IMG/VR virus record: IMGVR_UViG_3300042691_034899
Coordinates: 1-64,000 of that record
DNA length: 64,000 bases
Reading direction: 5' to 3' (one strand)
Source of the DNA: a virus
The position numbers and the translations under genes were made by a program. This document shows, one piece after another, positions 20,205 through 29,366 of the stretch. Every line of letters starts with the position of its first letter. The stretch's first letter is position 1. The notes under the pieces are model-generated. The model searched no databases and had not been told where the DNA came from. It saw nothing but the letters and a program-made list of their open reading frames with translations.

Positions 20205-20535
20205 TATATTCGTAAAAAAGTATAAAAAACATAGTGTGTTTTAGATTCAGTTTTGACACGTACAACTCAAAACTACGACTAATAGGGAACTATTCGGCAA
20301 AATAAAAAGCTCAGCTCTGCAACGCCTGCAACTGAGTCCAGCAGACCTTCGGGGGGATCGCCAGAATAGATACAAAAAAGCCATAGCAATTTGAAATTTT
20401 TAAAAATTGCTGAATAAATAAGAAATTGGTACTGGTAGTAGAGTGTCCCTTATTGGTTTAGTAACATAGTTTCTATGTGAAAATCTGGCGGGAGGGATTC
20501 TGCTGGTAATAAGGCGAAGCTATGCATTATAGGTA
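20205..20535 (+). ncRNA. Candidate structured ncRNA, family unknown
   Basis: GC-enriched intergenic stretch with several hairpins (UUCG, GGAA loops) and long-range pairs CCAGCAGA/TCTGCTGG and CGCCAGA/TCTGGCG. Confidence 0.5.
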
Positions 20536-20573
20536 AATTTTTCGTAAAATTTTAATTACTCGAAAAGTTTCAT

Positions 20574-20581
20574 TAAATTTG
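20574..20581 (+). promoter_or_regulatory. -7 promoter element for recA
   Basis: TAAATTTG, 14 nt before ATG. Confidence 0.5.
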
Positions 20582-20595
20582 TAAAAAACCATAAA

Positions 20596-21573
20596 ATGAG
20601 TATATCTAAAGAATCTTTAAGTAAGCTTCAAAAACTATTTGGAAAAGAAGCAGTTATGACTTTAAACGAGTCGATTAATCTTGACATTGAACTCCTATCA
20701 TCTGGATCTCTATTCTTGAACCACGCTTTAGGCGGAGGATTCCCTATGGGAAGAATCATTGAGATAGCTGGCCCAGAGTCTTCAGGAAAAACAACTCTAG
20801 CTATTCACGCTATTTCAGAAGCGCAAAAAGTTGGAAAGAACTGTGCGATGATTGATGCTGAGCATGCATTCGATAAAGTCTATGCAGAAAACTTAGGCGT
20901 GAATACAGACGAGCTTCTAATCTCTCAACCTGATACAGGAGAACAAGCTCTTGACATAGTGGAAGCAATGATTGATACTGGAGAGGTTCAGCTAATTGTA
21001 ATTGACTCTACCTCATCCCTTGTACCTAGAGCAGAGCTAGAAGGTGAAATGGGTGACTCAGCTGTAGGACTACAAGCTAGGCTATTATCAAAAGCTTTAA
21101 GAAAGTTGACAGGAAAAGCAAAGAAAAATAATTGTCTTCTTATTTTCATATCTCAGTTGAGAGAAAAAATTGGAGTTATGTACGGATCGCCAGAAGTTAT
21201 CGGAGTTGGTAATGCGCTTAAATTCTATGCCTCTCAGCGGATTATTGTAAGAAAGTCTACTCAAGTTAGTGGAAAAGATGGCAACGGACCAGAGGGCAAT
21301 CTAACTAAAGCTAAAGTTATTAAGAATAAAATCGCTCCTCCATTTAGAGAAGCTGAGTACACAATCAAATACGGAAAAGGTATTGACAAAGATGGCGAGC
21401 TTATTGACTTAGGAGTTGAAATGAATATCATAGAAAAATCTGGATCTTGGTATTCTTACCAAGGATCTAAATTAGGTCAAGGTAAAGAGAATTCACTTGC
21501 TTTACTTTTAGACAATCCAGAGCTTATGGAAGAGATTAGAGGACTTGTTGAAAAGGGACTTGCCAATCAATAA
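20596..21573 (+). CDS. recA: RecA recombinase
   Basis: [35 protein letters not shown] and KNKIAPPF motifs. Confidence 0.97.
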   Translation: MSISKESLSKLQKLFGKEAVMTLNESINLDIELLSSGSLFLNHALGGGFPMGRIIEIAGPESSGKTTLAIHAISEAQKVGKNCAMIDAEHAFDKVYAENLGVNTDELLISQPDTGEQALDIVEAMIDTGEVQLIVIDSTSSLVPRAELEGEMGDSAVGLQARLLSKALRKLTGKAKKNNCLLIFISQLREKIGVMYGSPEVIGVGNALKFYASQRIIVRKSTQVSGKDGNGPEGNLTKAKVIKNKIAPPFREAEYTIKYGKGIDKDGELIDLGVEMNIIEKSGSWYSYQGSKLGQGKENSLALLLDNPELMEEIRGLVEKGLANQ

Positions 21574-21584
21574 ATCAAATCTAT

Positions 21585-22013
21585 ATGTGGATATTTGAAA
21601 ATAAACCTGTAAATTCTATTGATGATATAGACCCAAAAGCAATTGGGTTTATATACATCATAGTAGATGAAGATGGTAGGGAGTATGTTGGGCAGAAGTC
21701 TTTATATTCAAAAAGAAAGCGAAAGTTTGGTAAGAGAGAAGCTGCAGCTATCACTGATAAGAGAAAGAAGACTTATGAGTATATTGTAAAAGAATCTGAT
21801 TGGCTTACTTATACTGGATCAAACAAAGAACTTAATGAAAAAATAAAAGAGGGTATTAAGTTTACAAAGCACATCCTAAAACTTTGCTACAATAAGAAGC
21901 AATTATCTTACTATGAAACAAAATATCTTATGATTAGAGAATCAATTGAGCCTGGGAATATGTCATACAATGGAAATATCTTAGGTAAGTTTTATCCTAA
22001 AGATTTACTATGA
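21585..22013 (+). CDS. GIY-YIG-like (Seg-type) endonuclease family protein
   Basis: GFIYII...YVGQK...W..YTGS...YN.NI pattern. Confidence 0.6.
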   Translation: MWIFENKPVNSIDDIDPKAIGFIYIIVDEDGREYVGQKSLYSKRKRKFGKREAAAITDKRKKTYEYIVKESDWLTYTGSNKELNEKIKEGIKFTKHILKLCYNKKQLSYYETKYLMIRESIEPGNMSYNGNILGKFYPKDLL

Positions 22014-22204
22014 CAAAAACAGAATACCAATCTATAAGAGGGGAGCAAGACTTTCTCTGCAGGTACTTTAACAAGATGTCAAAAAATGACTTAGATAATA
22101 GAGTTTTTAGTACTATGCTTTCTATGTGGATAATGCAGATTGGCTTACATCCACAGCAAGGTGTTCAGCAAATTTTAAATTTTTTAGATAAGAAGTATGA
22201 ATAA
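22010..22204 (+). CDS. Hypothetical protein
   Basis: 64 aa with ATGA overlap. Confidence 0.5.
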   Translation: MTKTEYQSIRGEQDFLCRYFNKMSKNDLDNRVFSTMLSMWIMQIGLHPQQGVQQILNFLDKKYE

Positions 22205-22218
22205 TCTAAAAGTTTTAC

Positions 22219-22226
22219 TATATTTG
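22219..22226 (+). promoter_or_regulatory. -7 promoter element
   Basis: TATATTTG upstream of the SSB-like gene. Confidence 0.5.
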
Positions 22227-22267
22227 TCTTGTTAAACAATTTATTTATTAATTAAAAGGAAAGCGTT

Positions 22268-23056
22268 ATGGCTAACAAGTATTTACAAATTGAGTTTAAA
22301 TCTGGAAATTTATTTGAGTATTCAAAAGAACAAAAAGAAGGATTTGAAGAACACAAAAATTCTAAAGGAAATGTTTCCTACAGAAAGTATTACAAGGAAG
22401 GTATTTTTGGAGTGTACAAAGGTACAACCCTAAGAGATACTGATTTTGGAAAAGAGGTTTCAATCTTTATGGTTGATGGTAATGGAGACAATAACTTTAT
22501 TAACTTCCCACTTTTTGATCAAAGTAAGAATATCGCAGCTTATGCTGAATCTTTGATTACAGTACTTCCATCTATGGAGCAAAATTATGTTTATAGAATT
22601 TTCCCATATACAATGGAAAAAGAAGGATCAAAGTATAAGTCTTACGGAGTATCTGTAAAACATGCAGACATTACAGATAAAACTGTAAGAGAAGATTTTC
22701 CTCTAGCTAGACTTACCTATACTTATACAAATAAGTCTGGAGAACTTGTAAATGGGGATGTTCCAGCTGTTGTTTGGAAAGAAAATTTTGACGGTTCGAA
22801 AATTAAAGATCAGTTTGAAAAGAATAAATTCTTACATGAGGTTTTAGTAAAGTATGCATCAGAATCTGTAAAAGTAAGTAATAAAGTTACAGGAGGAGAA
22901 GCTCCAAGACCTTATGGTCAGCAGGCTACTAAAGCTCCAACTGAACAGCCTAAGAAAGAAGAAGTTTCAGAATCTGTTAAAGGAACTGTTGCATATGAGC
23001 AAGAGCAACCTAAAGTTGAAAACCAAAAATCTAGTAAAGTAGATTTACCATTTTAA
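22268..23056 (+). CDS. Putative single-stranded DNA-binding protein
   Basis: Beta-rich N-terminus, disordered linker, C-terminal DLPF tail; next to recA. Confidence 0.55.
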   Translation: MANKYLQIEFKSGNLFEYSKEQKEGFEEHKNSKGNVSYRKYYKEGIFGVYKGTTLRDTDFGKEVSIFMVDGNGDNNFINFPLFDQSKNIAAYAESLITVLPSMEQNYVYRIFPYTMEKEGSKYKSYGVSVKHADITDKTVREDFPLARLTYTYTNKSGELVNGDVPAVVWKENFDGSKIKDQFEKNKFLHEVLVKYASESVKVSNKVTGGEAPRPYGQQATKAPTEQPKKEEVSESVKGTVAYEQEQPKVENQKSSKVDLPF

Positions 23057-23063
23057 GTCAAAC

Positions 23064-23091
23064 GCCCCAGCTTTTGTTGGGGCTAAATTTT
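23064..23091 (+). terminator. Intrinsic terminator/hairpin
   Basis: GCCCCAGC-tttt-GTTGGGGC. Confidence 0.55.
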
Positions 23092-23098
23092 TATATAT

Positions 23099-23503
23099 AT
23101 GAAAGCAATCATTTTATTAGTAATCCTTTCTTTAGGATTCCAAGCATTTAGTCAAGTTAATATAGCTTATGGTAAGGCTGGAGATGAAGAGTATATTAAG
23201 CCATATAAGTCTTCTTTTGTAGATTCAAAAGTAGATTTTATTATCGATGATTCAGAGACAATGGTATATTGTAACTTTAGCAATCCAATAATGAATCCAT
23301 TTGAAGATATGTATTGGAGAATTGAGGCATCAGAGACAAATGAGTTTTTTGATATTTACAGAGTAACATCTCAAAGTGGAAAAGAACTGTTCTTATACTT
23401 CTACAGAGATCAACATGGAGTCCTTCTATTAGATAAATCTACAGATAACTTTACATCTATTATCGGAGAAGACTTAAGTTATAAAATAAAAATAAAATCA
23501 TAG
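23099..23503 (+). CDS. Secreted protein
   Basis: Signal peptide ending AFS-Q (Bacteroidota Gln rule). Confidence 0.6.
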   Translation: MKAIILLVILSLGFQAFSQVNIAYGKAGDEEYIKPYKSSFVDSKVDFIIDDSETMVYCNFSNPIMNPFEDMYWRIEASETNEFFDIYRVTSQSGKELFLYFYRDQHGVLLLDKSTDNFTSIIGEDLSYKIKIKS

Positions 23504-23504
23504 T

Positions 23505-23732
23505 ATGGCAAGCGATCAAGCTAGGCAAATTTTTTCTGCAAACTTAAAGTTAATTAAATCTAGCCTTCCAAAAACTTGTACTTATTTATCATCTTATAAA
23601 ACAAAAGAAGGTAAGTATTTAGTTAAAGCTAGAATTAAAGGTAACGATCATTTCTTTTCTGTTCCTGAAGAACTAAAATTTTCTCCTGCAGATTTAAGGC
23701 AACTTAAAAATGTCATACTAGAAAAGTGCTAA
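23505..23732 (+). CDS. Hypothetical protein
   Basis: 75 aa ORF in operon. Confidence 0.5.
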   Translation: MASDQARQIFSANLKLIKSSLPKTCTYLSSYKTKEGKYLVKARIKGNDHFFSVPEELKFSPADLRQLKNVILEKC

Positions 23733-23735
23733 AGT

Positions 23736-23933
23736 ATGTCAATTAACGAAATCAAAGCCATATATGAATCCTTATTAGAAAATGGAGATCTATTTGTGTT
23801 ATTTAGTAATATGACTGGATCATGGGATTCTGATAAGGCAAAGTTTAAAAAACTATATGATCAAAATCAGAAAATGATTGACAATGATTTTTTAGATCTT
23901 GATGAAGGCTTTGACATTTTTGAAGACTATTAA
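23736..23933 (+). CDS. Hypothetical protein
   Basis: 65 aa ORF in operon. Confidence 0.5.
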   Translation: MSINEIKAIYESLLENGDLFVLFSNMTGSWDSDKAKFKKLYDQNQKMIDNDFLDLDEGFDIFEDY

Positions 23934-23935
23934 TT

Positions 23936-25507
23936 ATGAGAAAATATCATAAATATGACAACGATCTAATTGAGGATCTTTGTAAAAAACAACCTGAAGA
24001 CAACTTCAATTTAACAGATGTAGCTAAAAGGTATTGTAAAAAGAAGGATATAGACTTCTCTGTCTATATAGCTAGAAGCATTCAAAAAATTGTTGCAAAT
24101 AATAACTTTAATGTTTCAAACGTAAAACCTTTAAAATCTAAAGCTTATACAGCAGCTGTAAAAAGAAAGTTTAAAAGTAAGAAATCAAACTATATTGTTA
24201 CTTGGGCTCAAGCTCATACTCCAATAGATGAAAATCTATGGAACAATATCAAAGTATACGCTGAATATCACAATGCTGATATTATAGTTATGCCAGGAAC
24301 TTACCTAAATAATAATTCAGTTTTCACAAAACGAGTTGAGGTATGGGATTCTGAATTAGTTGATTACTTATACGCTACAGAAGCATCTGTACACAATCAT
24401 CTAACAATGATACCAGATGCTGATATTATACCAACTGCAGAAAGACCACTACTTGGATTATTTAGTGTAACTGGAATTGAAAGCTGTATCATTGGACATC
24501 CAAGACAACACATGGACATTGTACCTACAATGAAAAATTCAAGAAGGAAGTTCATGTTTACAACTGGGTCAATTACTGTTCCTAATTACAGAAAGTCAAG
24601 AGTAGGTAAGAAGGCTAAAGTCCATCACAAGATGGGTTTTCTTTTTGTTGAAAATCTAAATGAGGATAATTTTACAGCTAGACACGTACATGCAGATGAC
24701 GATGGTTCATTTACAGATCTAGTATTTTCAGTTTCAAATGGTAAAGTATCATTTGAGAAGAGCTGGGAAGCAATGGTATTTGGTGATACTCATTTATCAA
24801 AAGAGGATCCAAAAATGCTAGAAGAATCAAAAAGGTTGTGTAAATTAGCAAACTGTAAAAGAACAATATGGCATGACCTTGCAGATGGGTACTCTATAAA
24901 TCCACATCAAGAGAAAGACTATGTTGAACAAGTTGTAAAAGCAAAGAAAGGTTTAAACAGTCTTGAAGAAGAACTAAATAGAAGTGTGGAGTTCTTAAAT
25001 GGATGGTTAGATTATAATCCAGTAATAATTCCAAGTAATCACAACGATTGGATTGACAAATGGGTTAGATTCAATAGAGGATCAAAAGATATTAACAATG
25101 CTATGATATTCAATAGATTTCAAAATATTCTATTTGAAGAGAAGGCTCCAAAAGGACTCTATGCATATGTTCTAGAAGAGACTTTTGGAGATAGTATTAC
25201 TTGTTTATCAAGAGATGATTCTTATGAAGTTTGTGGAATAGAGCTTAATAATCATGGAGATCTTGGATCTAATGGAGCAAAAGGAACTCCAACAACATTT
25301 GCAAAACTTAACACTCCAGTTGTATCAGGAGATAAGCATTACCCATATACACTAGATAATGCACATGGAGTTGGTCTATCATCTGTACTAGATCACAAGT
25401 ATAATAGAGGTATGTCTAGTTGGGCTCAGAGTAATGGTATAATTTTACCAAACGGAAGATTCCAACACTTACTTTATTTCGATGGTAAATTCACTAATTT
25501 AATTTAA
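23936..25507 (+). CDS. Large phage metallophosphoesterase-like protein
   Basis: GDTH, HDLADG, SNHNDW, HGD and GDKH calcineurin-like motifs. Confidence 0.7.
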   Translation: MRKYHKYDNDLIEDLCKKQPEDNFNLTDVAKRYCKKKDIDFSVYIARSIQKIVANNNFNVSNVKPLKSKAYTAAVKRKFKSKKSNYIVTWAQAHTPIDENLWNNIKVYAEYHNADIIVMPGTYLNNNSVFTKRVEVWDSELVDYLYATEASVHNHLTMIPDADIIPTAERPLLGLFSVTGIESCIIGHPRQHMDIVPTMKNSRRKFMFTTGSITVPNYRKSRVGKKAKVHHKMGFLFVENLNEDNFTARHVHADDDGSFTDLVFSVSNGKVSFEKSWEAMVFGDTHLSKEDPKMLEESKRLCKLANCKRTIWHDLADGYSINPHQEKDYVEQVVKAKKGLNSLEEELNRSVEFLNGWLDYNPVIIPSNHNDWIDKWVRFNRGSKDINNAMIFNRFQNILFEEKAPKGLYAYVLEETFGDSITCLSRDDSYEVCGIELNNHGDLGSNGAKGTPTTFAKLNTPVVSGDKHYPYTLDNAHGVGLSSVLDHKYNRGMSSWAQSNGIILPNGRFQHLLYFDGKFTNLI

Positions 25508-25518
25508 ATAAAACCAAT

Positions 25519-27108
25519 ATGTCAAAACAAATTATTTTTAACAAGGAAGCAAGAGAAAAGCTTTTATCAGGTGCTGATAAATTAGCTGATGCCGTAAGAG
25601 TTACCCTTGGAGCTAAGGGTAGAAATGTTATGATTGGAGAAGGCATGCACTCAGCGTTTGTTACTAATGATGGTGTAACAGTTGCTAGAGCTGTAGAACT
25701 TGATGATCCAATTGAAAATATTGGTGCGTATTTCTTAAAAGAAGCTGCATCAAAAACAGAGGAAATGGCAGGAGATGGTACAACTACTTGTACAATACTA
25801 ACTCATTCGATGCTTAAATTAGGGATGAAGTATCTAGCCGCCGATGCAAATCCGATGGATTTAAAAAGAGGAATGCACAAAACGCTAGAAAAACTTGTGT
25901 CAATGATTGATAAAGATTCTAAGAAGATCAGTATTAATAGTGATGAGTTACGACATGTAGCCACAATATCTGCTAACAATGATCCATTTATTGGAGACTT
26001 AATTGCAGAAGCTATTCATAGAGTAGGTAAATCTGGTATTGTATCTGTTGAGCAATCAACAAATATGGAAACTAGAATTGAAGTTGTTGAGGGTACTGAA
26101 TTTGACAAGGGTTACATTCACCCCTACTTTATGACAAATGTAGAGAAGGAAAGAGCCGAGTTAGATAATGTATATGTCTTAGTTACTGATCACAAGATTT
26201 TTAGTATGCGTGAACTTCTTCCTATACTAGAAAAAGTTGGAAGAAGCAAACCCCTATTGATTATCTCTGACGAGATTGACTCTAATGTTGTTCCAACTAT
26301 TATCTTGAATCACACACAGGGTATTGTAAATGTATGCTGTGTAAAAGCTCCAGGATTTGGAGACACAAGAGTAAGTATGCTTGAAGACATTGCAGCTATT
26401 ACAGGTGCAGAACTTATCTCATCAAGTAAGAGTATGAAACTTGAGGATGTTACATTAGAAATGCTTGGGTATGCTACTAAGGTTAACGTATCAAAAGATA
26501 GAACTACAATCATTGATGGCAACGGAGATGCAGATATTATTGAAGCAAGAATCAAACAAATAGAAAGCCTTATTCAAACTGAGGACGATGCATATGCAAA
26601 AGATAAACTTCAAGAAAGATTGGGTAGACTAACTGGAGGAGCTGCAGTCTTATTTGTTGGAGGGACAACAGAGACAGAAATGGAAGAGAAGAAGTATAGA
26701 GTAGATGATGCTTTATCTGCTACTAAAGCTGCTCTTGAAGAGGGTATTGTTCCAGGTGGTGGAGTAGAACTTGCTGTAGTTGGTCACAAATTCAATAAGG
26801 AAGCCTCAGACATCTTTTTAAATGACGATGAAAGACTTGGTGCAGAAATAGTTTTAAAGTCTCTTAGAGAGCCTCTATATCAAATTCTTAAGAATGCTGG
26901 AATCAGTGGAGATAAAATCTATACTGATATCTGCGAAAGTGAAAGTGGAAAGATGGGTTATGATCTAAATAAGGATCAGTATGTTGACATGCTAGAAGCA
27001 GGTATTGTAGATCCAGCAAAAGTAACTAAAGCTGCATTGATGAATTCAACATCAATTGCATCAATGATATTAACAACAGAAGCTATAATCGCTAAAAAAC
27101 CAGAATAG
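25519..27108 (+). CDS. groEL: Chaperonin GroEL
   Basis: VTLGAKGRNV, TNDGVTVA, GDGTTT, KAPGFGD and EGIVPGGG motifs; no GGM tail. Confidence 0.97.
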   Translation: MSKQIIFNKEAREKLLSGADKLADAVRVTLGAKGRNVMIGEGMHSAFVTNDGVTVARAVELDDPIENIGAYFLKEAASKTEEMAGDGTTTCTILTHSMLKLGMKYLAADANPMDLKRGMHKTLEKLVSMIDKDSKKISINSDELRHVATISANNDPFIGDLIAEAIHRVGKSGIVSVEQSTNMETRIEVVEGTEFDKGYIHPYFMTNVEKERAELDNVYVLVTDHKIFSMRELLPILEKVGRSKPLLIISDEIDSNVVPTIILNHTQGIVNVCCVKAPGFGDTRVSMLEDIAAITGAELISSSKSMKLEDVTLEMLGYATKVNVSKDRTTIIDGNGDADIIEARIKQIESLIQTEDDAYAKDKLQERLGRLTGGAAVLFVGGTTETEMEEKKYRVDDALSATKAALEEGIVPGGGVELAVVGHKFNKEASDIFLNDDERLGAEIVLKSLREPLYQILKNAGISGDKIYTDICESESGKMGYDLNKDQYVDMLEAGIVDPAKVTKAALMNSTSIASMILTTEAIIAKKPE

Positions 27109-27357
27109 ATGAGAGCAATAAAAAATAAGTTAATTGTAAAAGTACAATTGGAAGCAGAGAAATCTGAGTCAGGAATTATAGTTGATACAGAAAAGAAACC
27201 AGATAGAGGTATTGTAACCTCAATTGGAAAAGAGGTCACAGATGAGATCAAAGTTGGTGACACAGTTGTCTTTAGTCAATTCGCTGGAAAAGCGGAGAAG
27301 ATAGGAGAAGATAACTATGTCCTACTTAATGAGGGCGAGGTGTATTACGCAATATAA
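27109..27357 (+). CDS. groES: Co-chaperonin GroES
   Basis: KSESGII mobile loop, KVGDTVVF, 82 aa. Confidence 0.9.
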   Translation: MRAIKNKLIVKVQLEAEKSESGIIVDTEKKPDRGIVTSIGKEVTDEIKVGDTVVFSQFAGKAEKIGEDNYVLLNEGEVYYAI

Positions 27358-27443
27358 TGGATGCTATTGCAGTAATCTTACTAGTTATACTAGCTGCAAT
27401 ATTCGGCAGCAAGAGAAGGATCAATAATAGAAAAAACTTTTAG

Positions 27444-27680
27444 ATGGATATTAAAAAATTGGCAGAAGAGTTTACAAAAAAGCCAGGCAATTCAGTAGTA
27501 TCAGCAGAGATGCTTGTAAACTTCTATAAGTTTATTGAATCTCAAAATGTTGAGGATGAGATGTTAGCATCTAAATTAGGATTAACCTACACAGGGGTAG
27601 CCGACTATTGGGTTATGAGCGGCTCTCCTAGTAGGATTGTTTATGAGTTTACAGGTTTTGGATTTAGAGAGATTAAATAA
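27444..27680 (+). CDS. Hypothetical protein
   Basis: 78 aa ORF. Confidence 0.5.
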   Translation: MDIKKLAEEFTKKPGNSVVSAEMLVNFYKFIESQNVEDEMLASKLGLTYTGVADYWVMSGSPSRIVYEFTGFGFREIK

Positions 27681-27682
27681 AA

Positions 27683-28210
27683 ATGAGAAAGCTTAAGAAG
27701 CGAATTATTATTTGCGGACATGCAGCATCTGGTAAAGATTATCTAGCTGCTGAGTTTATAAATCAAGGATATAAAAAAGATATAAGCAAGACCACTAGGC
27801 CAATGAGATCTGGTGAAAAACCTGGAGTTACTTATAAGTTTGTATCGTATAATGATTTTAAAAATAGTATCTCAAAAGGGGATTTCTTTGAGTACCTAAA
27901 TTTTAACGGCTGGTACTATGGTACTACACTTGACAGTTGGAATACATCTGATATTTTTATCATGGCTCCATCTGCTATAAAAAAATTACCTAAAGAAGAT
28001 AGAGAAGAAAGTGTAGTACTATTCATAGATATCGATAGGTCCGAAAGATTAAATAGAATATCTAAGAGATCTGATGCTGATTCTGTAACGAGAAGATTAC
28101 TTGCTGACGATGATGATTTCAATGGCTTTATAAGCTATGATTATAGGGAGACTTCTCCTAACTTTAATAGTAAATCTATAGTTGAGTTTTTAATACGTAT
28201 AGCTTCATGA
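27683..28210 (+). CDS. gmk: Guanylate kinase-like protein
   Basis: GHAASGKD P-loop, TTRPMRSGE and YYGT motifs. Confidence 0.85.
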   Translation: MRKLKKRIIICGHAASGKDYLAAEFINQGYKKDISKTTRPMRSGEKPGVTYKFVSYNDFKNSISKGDFFEYLNFNGWYYGTTLDSWNTSDIFIMAPSAIKKLPKEDREESVVLFIDIDRSERLNRISKRSDADSVTRRLLADDDDFNGFISYDYRETSPNFNSKSIVEFLIRIAS

Positions 28211-28395
28211 TAATTAATGTAATTACTAATTCTGATAAAAAAGAAAACCTGGACACACTATTATATGAAATGTATCCAGGTTGTAAAATACTAAGTAGTA
28301 GTATTATAAAGGTTGAGTATCACAAAGAATACAAGTATTCAAAGTCTTTTAAAGTACAAAAGGATGGGTTACTCATTTTCCATGATAGAGATTAA
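28207..28395 (+). CDS. Hypothetical protein
   Basis: 62 aa with ATGA overlap; last gene before the convergence point. Confidence 0.4.
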   Translation: MIINVITNSDKKENLDTLLYEMYPGCKILSSSIIKVEYHKEYKYSKSFKVQKDGLLIFHDRD

Positions 28396-28665
28396 ATCTC
28401 TTGCCTCAGCAGCTTTTTCAAACATCTCGTTTTCAACAAAATATTTTTGAGCATTCTCAAGAACATCTTTGATCATATCTGTATGGATGTAAACTTTACC
28501 GAGAACTTCTTCTCCAAAATCAAAATCTACAAGTAGAAGTATCTCTTCTTCTGATCCATTTTCAATAAATTCTCTACATTTTTCCAATCCTTTTTCGTGG
28601 ATTAATGACCTGTTATTCTCAAGCCATTTTTCAATTACATCACTTACGTCTTCTTCGTCTTTCAT
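28369..28665 (-). CDS. Hypothetical protein with UVR-like C-terminus
   Basis: ENEMFEKAAEARD resembles the UvrB/C coiled-coil motif. Confidence 0.55.
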   Translation of the reverse strand: MKDEEDVSDVIEKWLENNRSLIHEKGLEKCREFIENGSEEEILLLVDFDFGEEVLGKVYIHTDMIKDVLENAQKYFVENEMFEKAAEARDLISIMENE

Positions 28666-28666
28666 C

Positions 28667-28930
28667 TTACTTCATTAAATTATGCATAGAGTGCTTTATT
28701 TTATCGATCATTACTTTTACTAGAATCCTGTATATGAAAAGTATAGCAACGCAAATAATAGATGAAGTAATTCCAATTTTTGTTGCATAAGGGAACTCCC
28801 AAACTGCTAATACTAAACTTAAAATTGATAGTATAAAGAATCCTAACTGAGTGTATATCAACCACTTGAATCTTTCAGCGACATAATTTTCAGCGTGATG
28901 CTTAATCATATATTCAATAAAATCTCTCAT
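28667..28930 (-). CDS. Membrane protein (2 TM)
   Basis: Two hydrophobic segments; start moved to ATG 28930, downstream of TATATTTG (28956-28949). Confidence 0.55.
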   Translation of the reverse strand: MRDFIEYMIKHHAENYVAERFKWLIYTQLGFFILSILSLVLAVWEFPYATKIGITSSIICVAILFIYRILVKVMIDKIKHSMHNLMK

Positions 28931-28967
28931 AAAAAATGTATATATGTACAAATATACAAAATATTTT

Positions 28968-29366
28968 TTAATTAGACAACATAGAAGAGACTCTAGACCT
29001 AGATTTCTCCCCTATTGGAATTGGATAACCACCCTCATCTATATGTACAAATTTAATATGTGTTTTTAGAACCACAACTTGTTTACCTGTATATACATTA
29101 TGAGCTCTTGCCTCCATGTATAAATTTATAGAAGAGTTACCTATTGATTGTGGATAACCGTATATTTTAATTAGCTGTCCTTCACGAGCTGGCTTTTCAA
29201 AATTACATTTATCAATTGATACTGTAACCATTCTAGGTGTATCACAAAGCTGCATTGCATAACCTGCTGCTGAAGCATCAATCCATGCTAAAAGTTTTCC
29301 ACCGAATAGGTTACCATGAAAACCTAAATCGGATTTTTTAATTGGGTGTGAGTTTAATAATTCCAT
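28968..29366 (-). CDS. Acyl-CoA thioesterase (HotDog, YciA-like)
   Basis: HGNLFGGKLLAWID and VTVSID..F.KP motifs. Confidence 0.85.
   Translation of the reverse strand: MELLNSHPIKKSDLGFHGNLFGGKLLAWIDASAAGYAMQLCDTPRMVTVSIDKCNFEKPAREGQLIKIYGYPQSIGNSSINLYMEARAHNVYTGKQVVVLKTHIKFVHIDEGGYPIPIGEKSRSRVSSMLSN

Noticed and set aside
20205-20535. Group I intron or tmRNA
   Set aside because: It does not interrupt a gene, and I found no recognisable P7 core, tRNA-like ends or tag ORF.
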